Assembly (NCBI RefSeq): GCF_001194135.2
Contig: NC_068988.1
Location: forward strand, 89,975,574 to 90,014,017
DNA: 38,444 bases
DNA from: Octopus bimaculoides
Lineage: Eukaryota
Reading direction: 5' to 3'
Position 1 is the stretch's first letter, and each line of letters begins with the position of its first letter. The position numbers were made by a program, and so were the translations under genes. This document shows, piece by piece, positions 9,642 through 21,338 of the stretch. The notes under the pieces are model-generated. The model was not told the origin of the DNA, made no database searches, and saw only the letters and a list, made by a program, of their open reading frames with translations.

Positions 9642-12600
9642 GCATGAATATATAATGAAATACAGAGCCATTCAAATAACATAATACAATTAATAAAAGT
9701 TGAATTACGCTTCAACCTCCTCTCTGAAACACAATTCAGCACCTAACAAAATGACATTTTCCATATAGTACTCTGTATAAGAGATATCTAACAGAAGACC
9801 GAGTGTATCTAGTGAAGCTGTCCTCAACATTTATCAGTAAAAAGAATCAGCCTCGCTGAAATCACATTGAAGGAAATGCATATGTAAAATATGACCTCTC
9901 CATCAGATCCAGAGATAAATCTCACTATGTCTTGCGGTTGAAAAAGAATTTCAGCAATACGAGTGCGTTATTAGTTGTGGGAACAGCAATTCTTCATACA
10001 CGGATGAAAAATTCCCTTCCTTTTTCTCCTGCATGGTAATCTAATACTAACTCTGTTTTTTTTCTTTTTTTACTTGGTTTTTGTCTTGTATTTTCCTAAA
10101 TTTGGCCACAAAATAATATGCTGCTTTGGCTATCTGAAAATACAGCGTGCCTAAATGACTGTGCCAGATTCTGAAGTAAAAAAATTACATTTGTGTCAAA
10201 CATCAGTTATGAAAATAAGCTAGTTATTAAGCATTCCTCGCTATAAACAGATTAACACCTGACTTGCCTGACAATCGAGCCCCACCAAGGTACCAACCTA
10301 TCAATTAAAAACCTGTCTGTACCCCCAACCCCAGCGAACAATATGATATTGGCAGTATATATACAGTAGTAATTTCTACTTCGCTACGAGACTGACCACC
10401 AAGTGTGAATTGCGCACTCCTATGCATTAGAATTCTACGCGTCGCCTCACCAACAGATATAAATTTCATAGAACCCTACACCAGCCCCACATGACAATTG
10501 CCATCAAACTAAAGCTACATTGACGCCTCGAAGCCTGATATTTGGATTTAAATGTCATTCGTTGTGATAGCCGTGGTTGTGATAGAAAGATATTTCAGTT
10601 TCCAACAGATAGTTGTCCCCTGTGTAAATAAAATTGTATGTACGCCTGAATTTAAATTGAGAGATATTGCAGCAATCAATACGGCATAAATTAATTCAAT
10701 AAGTTCTTCTTTCGTGGCAAGCACTTCATTGAATGCAGCCGTTGTACAGTCTGGTAGATAGCTAACGTCGCTCAGTGTCTGCAACATATTAACTTTTGGG
10801 CTCATTTGTCTGCCCTGTTCCCTTGTTTGGTAACTGCTGAAATTAATACTGCTATAAATGAATCATTCTGCTTCTTTACGTTTTGGTCTGCCAGTGATTA
10901 GAACAACGAAGTATGATGCTAAATACTTCTGTGTTAAGATGAACATTCAATATACAAGGCCTAAACTCCACCTTGTTCAGAACTAATACTAGCTTCTTGG
11001 ATACCTTCAACAGCGGTCATATCATAAAAAATTTTCCACTGTTTAAGTCATGTGTATCGGAATTTAACGATGAGTAACATTACCAGTTTCATCGATTTTA
11101 ACTGGGTTATCCTATCTTTACCATATTTTATTATTTTTTACATTATTATATACATGTTACATACTGTGGACGATATTTTTGCAAAGATTGACTTCACATG
11201 ATCTGTACGAATACCAACGGCATGAATCTGAACAAACTTTACGTGTACTGCACCTGTACCCGAGAATAATTCGTCGAAAGATGAAAAACCAATTTAAAAA
11301 TCGATGCTGGGAAGATTCACTTCCCGATATGGATAAAAAAAAATTATTAAGGACATGCTTTTAGAAATAGGACTTTCAGAAGACTGTGATATGGAACTAA
11401 AGCCGATCAGACTTCATCTCCATTATCTTACTGTTTTTCTTTTTACATTTATAAATGTTCTTTATCAATATTCTCGTCATTCTTAAGATGCAATTAAATT
11501 TAACAATCTATATTTACTCACTGGAAAAGAATTCCCTCGAGTGCGAAAGCTTTGTTCCCTTAATTTTTTCCATATATTTTCCTTACTTTTTTTTGTTTAT
11601 ATTCTAAAATAACGTAAGAAAATTGGCCTCCATTATAATTTAGAAATACATAATATTCATTGTTAAATATGGCGGAAATTGATACATTAGCTCTGAGTTC
11701 TAGAATTTTTTAAAATCTCGTATTTCTTGAAGGAATGAAACTGACTTTCGTTTACACTATTTTTCTCTAAAATTCTTATTATCTTCATGCACCTCGTTTT
11801 TTATTATACATTCCTAACTATATGTCTATCTATCTACGTATGTATCTATGTCTATTTATACTGCGTATATGTGATATGCCTGTGTGTGTGTATGTGCGTG
11901 TGTGCGTGTATGTGCGTGTGTGTGTGCGCGCACTCACGCACAGACACACATATCTGTATGATTCAGATATCTGTGCTTTTCTATGTATGTGGGCTAAACT
12001 TGTATAATGCAGGATTTTATTCACCATTGAAAGAAAAACATAAGCTAATGTAGCTAATGTTAATGGAGTAATATATTGAACCGGAAATGAAACGGACACG
12101 TGACCGAAGGCAAATACGTATTCGCAAATCCCAAAGATATTTCTAATTCCTTAAGGAGAACTTATTACTGAAAATAGAAATACAATATTTATAATTGTTT
12201 CACATAAGGTATCGTACTGTCCAATTAATTTTAATTGAACAATCTCCTAATCACGTACATTGATTTTGACATATCTCCTAAACATCTAAATGATGCTTCG
12301 TATATAATTCTATAATATATAACGCGTTTCATACCATTTACTGTATTCGATTCATGACCAAAATGTATTAGGTGCAATTCTTGGATCAATAATTGCGTGT
12401 GGGGGGGCGGGGAGAATGTCATCACATATCACGTTTTTTTCCTGTGTATTCGACTATAATCAGAACTTGTCAGAGTCTCTTGTAGCTCTCTCTCCTCTCT
12501 CTCTTTTCTTTCTCCTTCTCGCTCCCTCTCTCTCTCACACTCACTCTATCTCGCTTTCTCTCCCTCCCCCTCTCTCTTCACCGGTTATATTCTACATACT

Positions 12601-12782
12601 TTCATGGTCGTTTAAGTCACATTTGAGTGGCCTTGAAAGTGGCTAAATCGACTGATGTAGGCATGTTACAAGCCACTAAGGAACACTTGCTCGCGGGCAA
12701 ATGTTGGTTGTAGTGTATTAAGTTACCGAGTATTGGACTTCAGTTGAGTGCAATAAGTATTACTGGTTATACTAGTGAGGAG

Positions 12783-12998
12783 GGCGCCAAACTGACAGAA
12801 TCGTTAGCGCGCTGGACGAAGTACTTAGCAGTATTTCGACTGACGCAACGTTGTGAGTTCAAATTCCGCCGAGGTCGACTTTGCCTTTCATCATTTCGGG
12901 CTCGATAAATTAAGTATTAGTACAACACTGGAGTAGATGTAATCGATTATCCTCCTCCCCCAAATTTCAGGCGTTATGCCTATCGTAGAAAGGATTAT
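12783..12998 (+). mobile_element. full-length tRNA-derived SINE, family B (GGCGGCGAGCTGGCAGAA head; GACTTTGCCTTTCATC...GATAAA central motif)
   Basis: A-box-like start, B-box-like GAGTTCAAATTCC, then GAGGTCGACTTTGCCTTTCATC...CGATAAATTAAGTA...GATGTAATCGA. Collinear with 22124-22288 and the 16298-16895 copies. Confidence 0.85.
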
Positions 12999-13492
12999 AC
13001 TAGTGAAGATACGAGACCTAGAAAACAGTAGTTCGATTCGTGAACATAAGATCTTAGATTTCGTTCCTGGATCGGGAGGTGCTATGTGTCCTGAGCACGT
13101 CATCTTATATGTTGTTTTTCTCCTTTTTTATGTCCTACGTTGTCGACTATAATCCGCACTTCTAATGTTAAAGTTCAATCTTCTCTCCTTCCTGGATTGA
13201 CGTCCATGATGTTCGGCTGAGTCCAATATGAGCGGTCGACATAATGTTTATATCTCTTCCATGTGCATGTTTCCTCTTTAATTCATACACAGAGTATCGT
13301 GGAATACATTCCATAATGCTAAGTTTCCTACACCACTTTTGAGGTCGATGGATATAACATTAGGGAAGCTAGACTGTTGTTATTCCTGGCACACTCATTG
13401 TAGCTTAAATCGGTATTGTTGAACGTTTCAGCATTCGTGGCATTCTGTCTCATATACGTGCATGTATGTGTGAGTGTGTGCGTGCGCGTGTA

Positions 13493-13493
<1 letters not shown>

Positions 13494-13558
<65 letters not shown>
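13494..13558. repeat. (TG)n microsatellite
   Basis: Seen directly in sequence. Confidence 0.97.
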
Positions 13559-13561
<3 letters not shown>

Positions 13562-13794
13562 CCCAGTGAGTAAACAGATAAAAAACTAGCACTCAACACA
13601 TTTAATAAGACTTGCACGTATTTACTTTTACATAGGTTTGACTCAGGTTTACATGGTTTCAAGTTACATATCAGCGCGACGGACTGCGCTGACATTGTTG
13701 CTCACATTTCATGAGACAGAGCAGCCCTATGAGCCAACGAAACTTAAATGTAGTCGAGCAGATTCAAACTATTACTATATATACATTAACGAAA

Positions 13795-13902
13795 ACATAC
13801 ATACATACACACACACATATATACATACATGCTTATTTATACATACATACATACATACATACATACCTTCATACATACATACAACCTACCTACCTATCTA
13901 CC

Positions 13903-13955
<53 letters not shown>
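13795..13955. repeat. (TACA)n/(TACC)n/(TA)n compound microsatellite
   Basis: Seen directly in sequence. Confidence 0.95.
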
Positions 13956-13956
<1 letters not shown>

Positions 13957-14894
13957 TGCCTACGTACATAATTATAAATACAAAAAACAAATACATATCA
14001 TAAGACAAATATATTATCATAAGACATACATTTCCAAAGATATATATGAAGAACTGAAACAAAAGGACAAATGCATGTCATAAGAGAAACTGAAATCATA
14101 AGACTAATACAGATGAAGAACACATATTATAAGAGAAATACATTTTACGGGACGCATATATCTTATAAGGCACATAGATAAAAGTCAAATACATATCAAG
14201 TTTCACCAGCCATATTATAACATCCGCATCTCATTAATTTCCAGTGGAATGACTACAACATTGTAGAATTAGAACTATATTAATATACGCTAATTACGAA
14301 TGAGTAAATTTCTTAATAAAGATACACATTTGCACACACACTCACACACATGTATACACACATAAGCTCACACGCAATTGCATATCGACGTTTTTTCTTT
14401 ACTTTCTATTCGATTTCTTATTTCCTCTTCATATTATGTAACTTTTTATTACTTATACAAAGATTACATCGCAGCAGACTCACAACGCCCATTAAAATCT
14501 ACAAATACAGTGTGTTATATTGAAGTTTATATCGATTAATGATTTGTAATAACGATGTATATTAATGTCTATCAATAACTTAGGTCGTATTGATCTGGTT
14601 CCAGAATACTAATATATTTTGTATTTTAATCGCTTAGACATAGAAAAAATCGGAGCGCCCACGAAACTTTTCATAGACATAATCATTAACTGAAATGCTT
14701 GGAACGTTTCTAAATGTGACATCCTCAGTACACAGCACAAGAGTAGAAAAGAATCTTTTGACATGTTTCTACACAGCTTCAGGCAATGTCCTTTGTACAG
14801 CACAGTGGGTTCAAAAGTGGTTATATATAATCGTAATATATTTATATTTTTATGAAATAATTGTAAGTGTATGACCACAAAGATTCAATTACTA

Positions 14895-15985
14895 TCAGGT
14901 CATCCCATAAGTTCTGTCCGAATTTTGAATAAAGAAAACAAGTGATCAAATGTTATATTTAATTGAAATTTAATCGTTAATGTACTTTTCCTGATTATCT
15001 ATGACTTCCTTCCATCTATTTACAAGCTTTTTAATCCCATCGTAAAACTCGTTTACTTTCAAAGCGAAGAACTCTGAAATGTCAGTTTCGACCTCCTCCT
15101 GGCTTGCGAAAATTATGTCTCCCAAATGATTCTGTAATCTACGAAACGAATGGTAGTCTGAAGGAGCAAGGTCGGGAGAGTAAGGTGGATGAGGAATTTT
15201 TTTCCCAACCAAGTTCTTCGATCTTCTGTGATGTGATCTTTGCAGTGTGGGGTCGCACATTGTCCAGCTGAAACATCTCTCCTTTTCGATTCACTAAAGC
15301 GGGTCTTTTTTTTTTCAAATTTTGGTTCAAGCGCTCTAATTGCTGGCAGTAGACTTGAGCATTGATTGGTACATCAGGTGGTAACAATTCAAAGTGAATT
15401 ACTCCTTTGCAACCCCGCCAGATAGAGAGAAGAACCTTTTTCCCATGAAGTTCCCTTCTCGGTTGTGGTTGAGCTTTTTCCCTTTTACCAAGCCACTGTT
15501 TACGACGTTTAACATTTCGATAGAAGATCTATTTTTCATCACCAGTCAAAGTCTATCCAAAAAGGGTGAAATGAGTTCGCGAGAATGGAAAGGAGAGCAG
15601 ATGTCAACTTGGGATTTGCAGTTGCTTTCAGACAATTCATGAGGCACCCATTTTCCAAGTTTAGGAACCTTTCCAAGTTGTTGAAGATGACGATGAAGAT
15701 GACGATGTATGGTTTGAACTAAGCTTTATTGCCAATTCTTCAACTGATAATGCGGGATTTTTTTCAAGTAATACCTCAAGGATCTTATCATCAAACTCAA
15801 CTGGACGTCCTGTTCGATCTTCATCTGAAATCTCCACTTTTGAATATTGCAAACCATTTTCTGCAAGTTCTTTCATTCAAGTATTATTTCCCATAAACTG
15901 AGTATATGCTTCGAGTCTCTTCGGCTGCAGAGTTCCCTTTTTATTTTTTTATTTTTTTGGTACTCAGAAAGCATTATGTCCCCTC
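14895..15985 (-). mobile_element. mariner (DD34D) transposon, 5'-truncated, transposase pseudogene
   Basis: Motifs in order on the minus strand: GNSAAEETRSIYSVYG..LNERTCRKWF, EDRTGRP, WVPHEL, TGDEK, DNVRPH, HPPYSPDLAPSDY, with 34 residues between the last two Asp. Stop at 14970-14972. TA at 14893-14894 is followed by a TIR-like TCAGGTCATCCCATAAGTTCTGTCCG. I found no matching 5' TIR. Confidence 0.95.
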
Positions 15986-16204
15986 CTTCTTTATCATTTC
16001 TTTGTATTCTTCAATTTTCTCAGCCATGTCTTTATTCCAATGTATTTCATATTGCTTCAGCAGGCCTGGGACGACGGAAGCTCGATTCCCCGTCGCTGCT
16101 GCATACGTCTTCATTTTCTCCATCTCAGCAACGTCCACCCAACAGTAGTGGCGTTATACTAAAAAAATCGCACCCAGTAATAACACGTCTGACCAGTAAA
16201 CTCA

Positions 16205-16266
16205 CGCAGACGAAATACCGCTAAGCATTTCGCCCAGCGTGCTAACGTTTCTGTCAACTCACTACC
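16205..16266 (-). mobile_element. SINE family B head only
   Basis: The reverse complement GGTAGTGAGTTGACAGAAACGTTAGCACGCTGGGCGAAATGCTTAGCGGTATTTCGTCTG matches the head of 12783 and 22124. Confidence 0.8.
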
Positions 16267-16297
16267 TTCTTTGAAACTATCAGTAAAGTCAAGAAAA

Positions 16298-16466
16298 GCC
16301 GCATGGCGGCAGAAAATTTTATACGCCGGACAAAATACATTATTGTGATTTGTGATCTGAGTTCAAGTTCCGCCGACATCAACTTTGCCTTTCATGCTTT
16401 CGGCTCAATAAAATGAAAGTTGAACACTCTGGTTTTTGTCATCGACTAGTCACCTCCCGCTAAAAG
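16298..16466 (+). mobile_element. SINE family B, degraded
   Basis: GAGTTCAAGTTCCGCCGACATCAACTTTGCCTTTCATGCTTTCGG...ATCGACTAGTCACCTCCC, collinear with 12783-12998. Confidence 0.8.
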
Positions 16467-16566
16467 ATAAATAATGACTACATACCTTGTGTTTCGTAAA
16501 AAAAAAAGAAAACATTATTTACGTGAAAATGCAGGAATTGTAACAAAATTAGAAAGAATTGTGAAT

Positions 16567-16766
16567 ATGGCAAGCTGGCGGAACCGTTAGTTTGTTGGAT
16601 AAAATTTCTTGCGGTACTTCTTTCGACTCATATATTTTAAGGTCGACTTGGCCTTTCAATCCTTTAAGTGCGTAGTAAAATAATTCCCAGTTGCTCACTG
16701 AGATCAATGTAAATGACTAGACCTTCCCACTAATCAATTATTGGCTTTGTAGAAAAATTTTAAACC
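16567..16766 (+). mobile_element. SINE family B, degraded
   Basis: GCAAGCTGGCGGAACCGTTAG...AGGTCGACTTGGCCTTTCAATCCTTT...GATCAATGTAAATGACT, collinear with the other copies. Confidence 0.75.
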
Positions 16767-16789
16767 ATTATTTTTATATTGTTGTTAAC

Positions 16790-16895
16790 GCAGCGAGCAG
16801 GTAAAATCGTAAGAGAATGGAGAGACAAAATGGCCTTTCGCTATTTGTATCTGTTCATGCTCTTTGCCTTCTGAGTTGAAAACACGAGGTCGACT
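16790..16895 (+). mobile_element. SINE family B-like 5' half, strongly degraded
   Basis: GCAGCGAGCAGGTAAAATCGTAAGAG...TTCTGAGTTGAAAACACGAGGTCGACT. Confidence 0.55.
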
Positions 16896-17666
16896 ACTAC
16901 TCACTTCATGCCGGAATCTATAAAAGCATGTATCAGCGAAGTACTGGGGGCGATGGTATCCAATAAATTAGATGTGACAAACATATGGCCAATCTGCCGA
17001 TACAGACTCTCAGCAGTTTTGTTCAGCCACTGCTCATTTAAATAAAAGAGAATGTTTATCATATTTTTAAGCTGTAAATTATTCTTTTGAATATAGACAG
17101 GTAGCATAGTTTCAGACTCGAAATCCAACAAGAGATTCGATTAATACTTATACCAAACTGTCAAATCAGTGAATCAACATCCTAAAACATTTTACATTTA
17201 CTCCTTCAGTTTGACAACAAAATGTCGAGCCAAACGGAAGATATGCGTACGTTTTTCTTTTCTTCAATTTAGGTATGTGCTTGACTAAATGGATTCTAGA
17301 GATAGGAACACTGCTAAATGATGTTGCTTCCGAAGCAGCAGAGCTAACTTTCTGTCAAGCATTGTCTTCAAGAGCTGTATACATCACTCACGTAGAGAAT
17401 TTCTGCATGTGTTCGCAATTTAAGGACTCTTACGTAACTTAGTAGGACTGTATATGCATTATGTCGATGAGAATTTACGAGACATGTTCGCACACAAACA
17501 CAACTAGAGTTTTAAAGTGTTTTATTGCTTTACTCTGCATGAAATTGATACAATGCACACTGATCCCTTTAAGCAGTCCTTTGTCCAACATTATAAATAG
17601 AGTACCTAAGGTTGTTTCTGTCTATTCTTCGAAATCTAATTCATTCTTATATGTATGTATTATGTA

Positions 17667-17709
<43 letters not shown>

Positions 17710-17717
17710 ACACACAC
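17667..17717. repeat. (CA)n microsatellite
   Basis: Seen directly in sequence. Confidence 0.95.
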
Positions 17718-18888
17718 GTATTTCTATATGCGTTTACGTACATATGAAGGTGTGCAAAAATGTTTATGCCTATATGAAATAATAACAGAGTCAATGATTA
17801 GTAAAATACATTTCATTATCAAAATTTGAAAAATAACTCTTTGCTAGAGTGGGCTATGGTGCCCTATACATGACTAAAAGACATCACCATGTGGTACTAT
17901 TAAGTTAGACATGGCCTGGGGATATACTGGCCAAAACCTATCAAATTATCAAAGTTACTGTAAAGTACAACTCATAAAACTCCAAGCATCGGTCTGAATG
18001 AAAAATTATTCAAGAGCTGGACTATTCTTGGAACTTCACTTCCCAATGACAGCGCTTCACAATGTAATGGGTAGGTGGTTTTCTGACTCCTATAACACGA
18101 CTCACCCGCTACTCAGAAATTCGTGAATTCTTTTCTAGACCCTATTCTTGCTTTCTGGGACTAGTCGATAACCGTAGTCTTTGGGAATAATTCTTAGAGT
18201 TTATAAATAGTTCCATCTGCCTCAGTCTTGTCTCTAACTCGAATGATGACAAGTTTTATACTTGGATCTGTCTGAACCTCCGTTCTAAAATATCTTATCA
18301 CACGACTGCCTTTTCAAACTTCTTGTAGCACTTTGGGGATAATTTCTTTCGGTCAGGGCTTAACTTGCACCCCTTCAATATTTCTAATGGGTTACCTCTA
18401 AAACGAAATTAGAATTAACCGAGTTATCTACTTTTAATATTTATATAGATTTTGGGAGTACTTTGAATATATAAAATTGTCCATGTGTGTGTTCATACGT
18501 GTATGAAACTGCTTCACTATGTACGTGTGTTTCTAACCTTGTTTTGTACTTATTCACGAACATTCATGTCTGCATTCCAAGCCTGTCAATTTTACATATT
18601 TCTATTACTCTATTAATATTATCCAAGGTATATAAATCTCCTTTTTTCCCCCTTTACCTATTTCCGCTTTATATGTTTGTATGTATATATATATATATAT
18701 ATATATATTTATACATACATATATNNNNNNNNNNNNNNNNNNNNNNNNNNNNNNNNNNNNNNNNNNNNNNNNNNNNNNNNNNNNNNNNNNNNNNNNNNNN
18801 NNNNNNNNNNNNNNNNNNNNNNNNNNNNNNNNNNNNNNNNNNNNNNNNNNNNNNNNNNNNNNNNNNNNNNNNNNNNNNNNNNNNNNNN

Positions 18889-18940
<52 letters not shown>

Positions 18941-19084
18941 ATGTATGTATGTATGTATGCATGTGCATCAATGTATGTACGTACGCGTATATACAAACTT
19001 TTACGATGATGCATAGAGAAATGCTAAAATACAGCAGAACTAAATATCTTGAAAGAAAAGTTGTCTATAGCCATATGCACGCGC

Positions 19085-19134
<50 letters not shown>

Positions 19135-19407
19135 GTATAAGGTCATGATACGTGGTAGAATAATATGCTATAAAAACAGACAATATGATTAGATAGATAT
19201 ATGGGAGAACAGATATATGCGGAAATAGATATACGTTAAAATGAAGTATAGCAAAAACAAAAACAAAATGAAAATAAATCGCTGAATACACAATTGAAAT
19301 AAACAAGGGGGGAAAATTAATACAGACACACGTACACACAGACACACACATTCATATATGTAACAATATATACATAATCATATATACTTATATAGAATAT
19401 CTACGTA

Positions 19408-19452
<45 letters not shown>

Positions 19453-20327
19453 ATATACACATATATATATGTATATACATACACACACATATATAAACAC
19501 ATATTTTGTGTATGTATGTATATATATACATAAAGTGAGAGAGCGAGGGAGAGACGCACACGTTTTCACACACATTTAGATAAATAAATCGATACACAGT
19601 GTAGGAATGAGAATTAACATATGAATGATATATTGTAAGAGGTGATATAGGAGGTGGAATTTTGGCATCCCAATCTCCCAGATCTACTGGCTATCTATTA
19701 TAGAAAACAATAATCATCAAAATTATCTACATCATATTTCATTTTCACTTTTTTATCCAATTTCTTTTTTCTCTCTTTTACTTTTCTTCTATCGATTATT
19801 GTTGTTCTTGTTCTATCATTGTTGTTATTATCATTGTTGTTGTAGTTGTTGTTAGTTTTATTTCCGTTTTTCCTTTTTATTTCTATTTTTGTTTGTTGTT
19901 TTTGTTTCTGTTTGTTTTGAGTAGTCACGTTGTTTCACAAAGTTTCATTTCGAAAATATTTTCTTTCATGATTATTTGACGGCATAACATTTTTTTTTTC
20001 ATTTATCTATTTACGTATTTTTTCGGTCGTGTTTTTAACAAGAATTTCTTTTTTTTTTCTTTTGGTTGGGGATGTATTTGAATGTCCTTTATTTCCATGG
20101 GACATAATTGATTGGCTTTAGCCAACATATTGTATACACATCACGGCAAGCATCTATATACTTGCTTTAATAGTGTCTCAGTATGATTACCTCAAGCATA
20201 CAGCACAATGTGCCAGCTAATAGTGGTGTTATAAAAAGTATGGAAACAACTAATGTTTGAAGTATGTATAAACTGAAAAGCATTAATTTTTAAAATGACA
20301 AATTATGGTAAATACTACAAATACTTA

Positions 20328-20707
20328 TTGTTGTTGTTGTTGACACTCCGTCACGGGTTCCAGTTGATCCGATCAACGGAACAGCCTGCTCGTGAAATCA
20401 ACGTGCAAGTGGCTGAGCGCTCCACGAACACGTGTACCCTTAACGTAGTTCTCGGGGATATTCAGTGTGACACAGTGTGACAAGGCTGACCCTTTGAAAT
20501 ACAGGCACAACAGAAACAGGAAGAAAGAGTGAGAGAAAGTTGTGGTGAAAGAGTACAGCAGGGTTCGCCACCATCCCCTGCCGGAGCCTCGTGGAGCTTT
20601 AGGTGTTTTCGCTCAATAAGCATTCACAATGCCCGGTCTGGGAATCGAAACCGCGATCCTATGACCGAGAGTCCTCTGCTCTAACCACTGGGCCATTGCG
20701 CCTCCAC
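20328..20707 (-). mobile_element. well-preserved full-length tRNA-derived SINE (family C) with (CAA)n tail and probable TSD
   Basis: Minus-strand head GGCGCAATGGCCCAGTGGTTAGAGCAG...GGTTTCGATTCCCAGACC (A and B boxes); 3' end ...GGAACCCGTGACGGAGTGT followed by CAACAACAACAA. ATACTTATT occurs at both 20321-20329 and 20713-20721. Confidence 0.92.
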
Positions 20708-21028
20708 CATACATACTTATTACACAAGTGGATACATACACAGTCACAATCTGTCCTGTGAATTTATAAACTTAAATGAAATTGGCAAAAGCAACACCAC
20801 CACTAATAAGAGCAATAGAATTTCATTCTTTGTAATGTGTCCACGGCACAGAGGATTCTTGATATCTGGCAGCACATGAAAGTAAAAAGGAATGTCAGGA
20901 AAGGGTGGTTCCTTTCCTACCAATTTAACTAGTTATGATAAACTAGGCATTTTAGTCTTGAGTGGCTAAAATGCCAAATCTTCCATATGCCGCCCTGCCT
21001 TTTATGTTGTATAACTCAGAAAACTAAT

Positions 21029-21338
21029 GGCGCATGGCTCAGTTGTTAGGGTGTCGGGCTCACAATCATGAGGTAGTGAGTTCAATTCCCGGACTATACT
21101 GTGTGTTGTTTTCTTGAGCAAGACACTTTATTGCAGGTTGCTCCAGTTCACTGAGGAGTAGAAATGAGTTGTGACGTGACGAGTACCAAGTTGCATCAGT
21201 TTTTCTCTTTACCTCGGATAACATCGGTGGCGTGGAGCGGGGAGACTGGTATGCATGGGCGACTATTGGTCTTGCCCGGATTTGTGCCTCGGAGGATAAC
21301 TTTCCAGGTGCAATCCCATGGTCATTTATGACCGAAGG
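21029..21338 (+). mobile_element. full-length tRNA-derived CORE-type SINE (family A)
   Basis: A box TGGCTCAGTTGTTAGG and B box GAGTTCAATTCCC. The central CTTGAGCAAGACACTTTATT...CCAGTTCACT...GTAGAAATGAG resembles the MIR CORE domain. The 3' body is shared with 638-825. Confidence 0.88.

Noticed and set aside
13100-13445. Possible decayed RTE thumb/C-terminal region on the minus strand
   Set aside because: Only scattered weak motif matches across frames; not supportable without a search.
15394-16224. + strand ORFs 15394-15642, 15847-16224 and 15906-16148
   Set aside because: They are antisense shadows of the mariner transposase and adjacent segment, with no recognisable product.
17743-17775. 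TATGAAGGTGTGCAAAAATGTTT, resembling a mariner-type TIR start
   Set aside because: No partner TIR or transposase trace was found nearby.
17990-18420. Repeat-free segment that may be a decayed LINE ORF on the minus strand
   Set aside because: Many stops and no diagnostic motif.
20620-20707. tRNA-like sequence with A and B boxes (also at 21029, 12783, 22124, 23805)
   Set aside because: These are SINE heads that continue into SINE bodies and tails; no complete cloverleaf or acceptor stem is seen, so they are not called tRNA genes.
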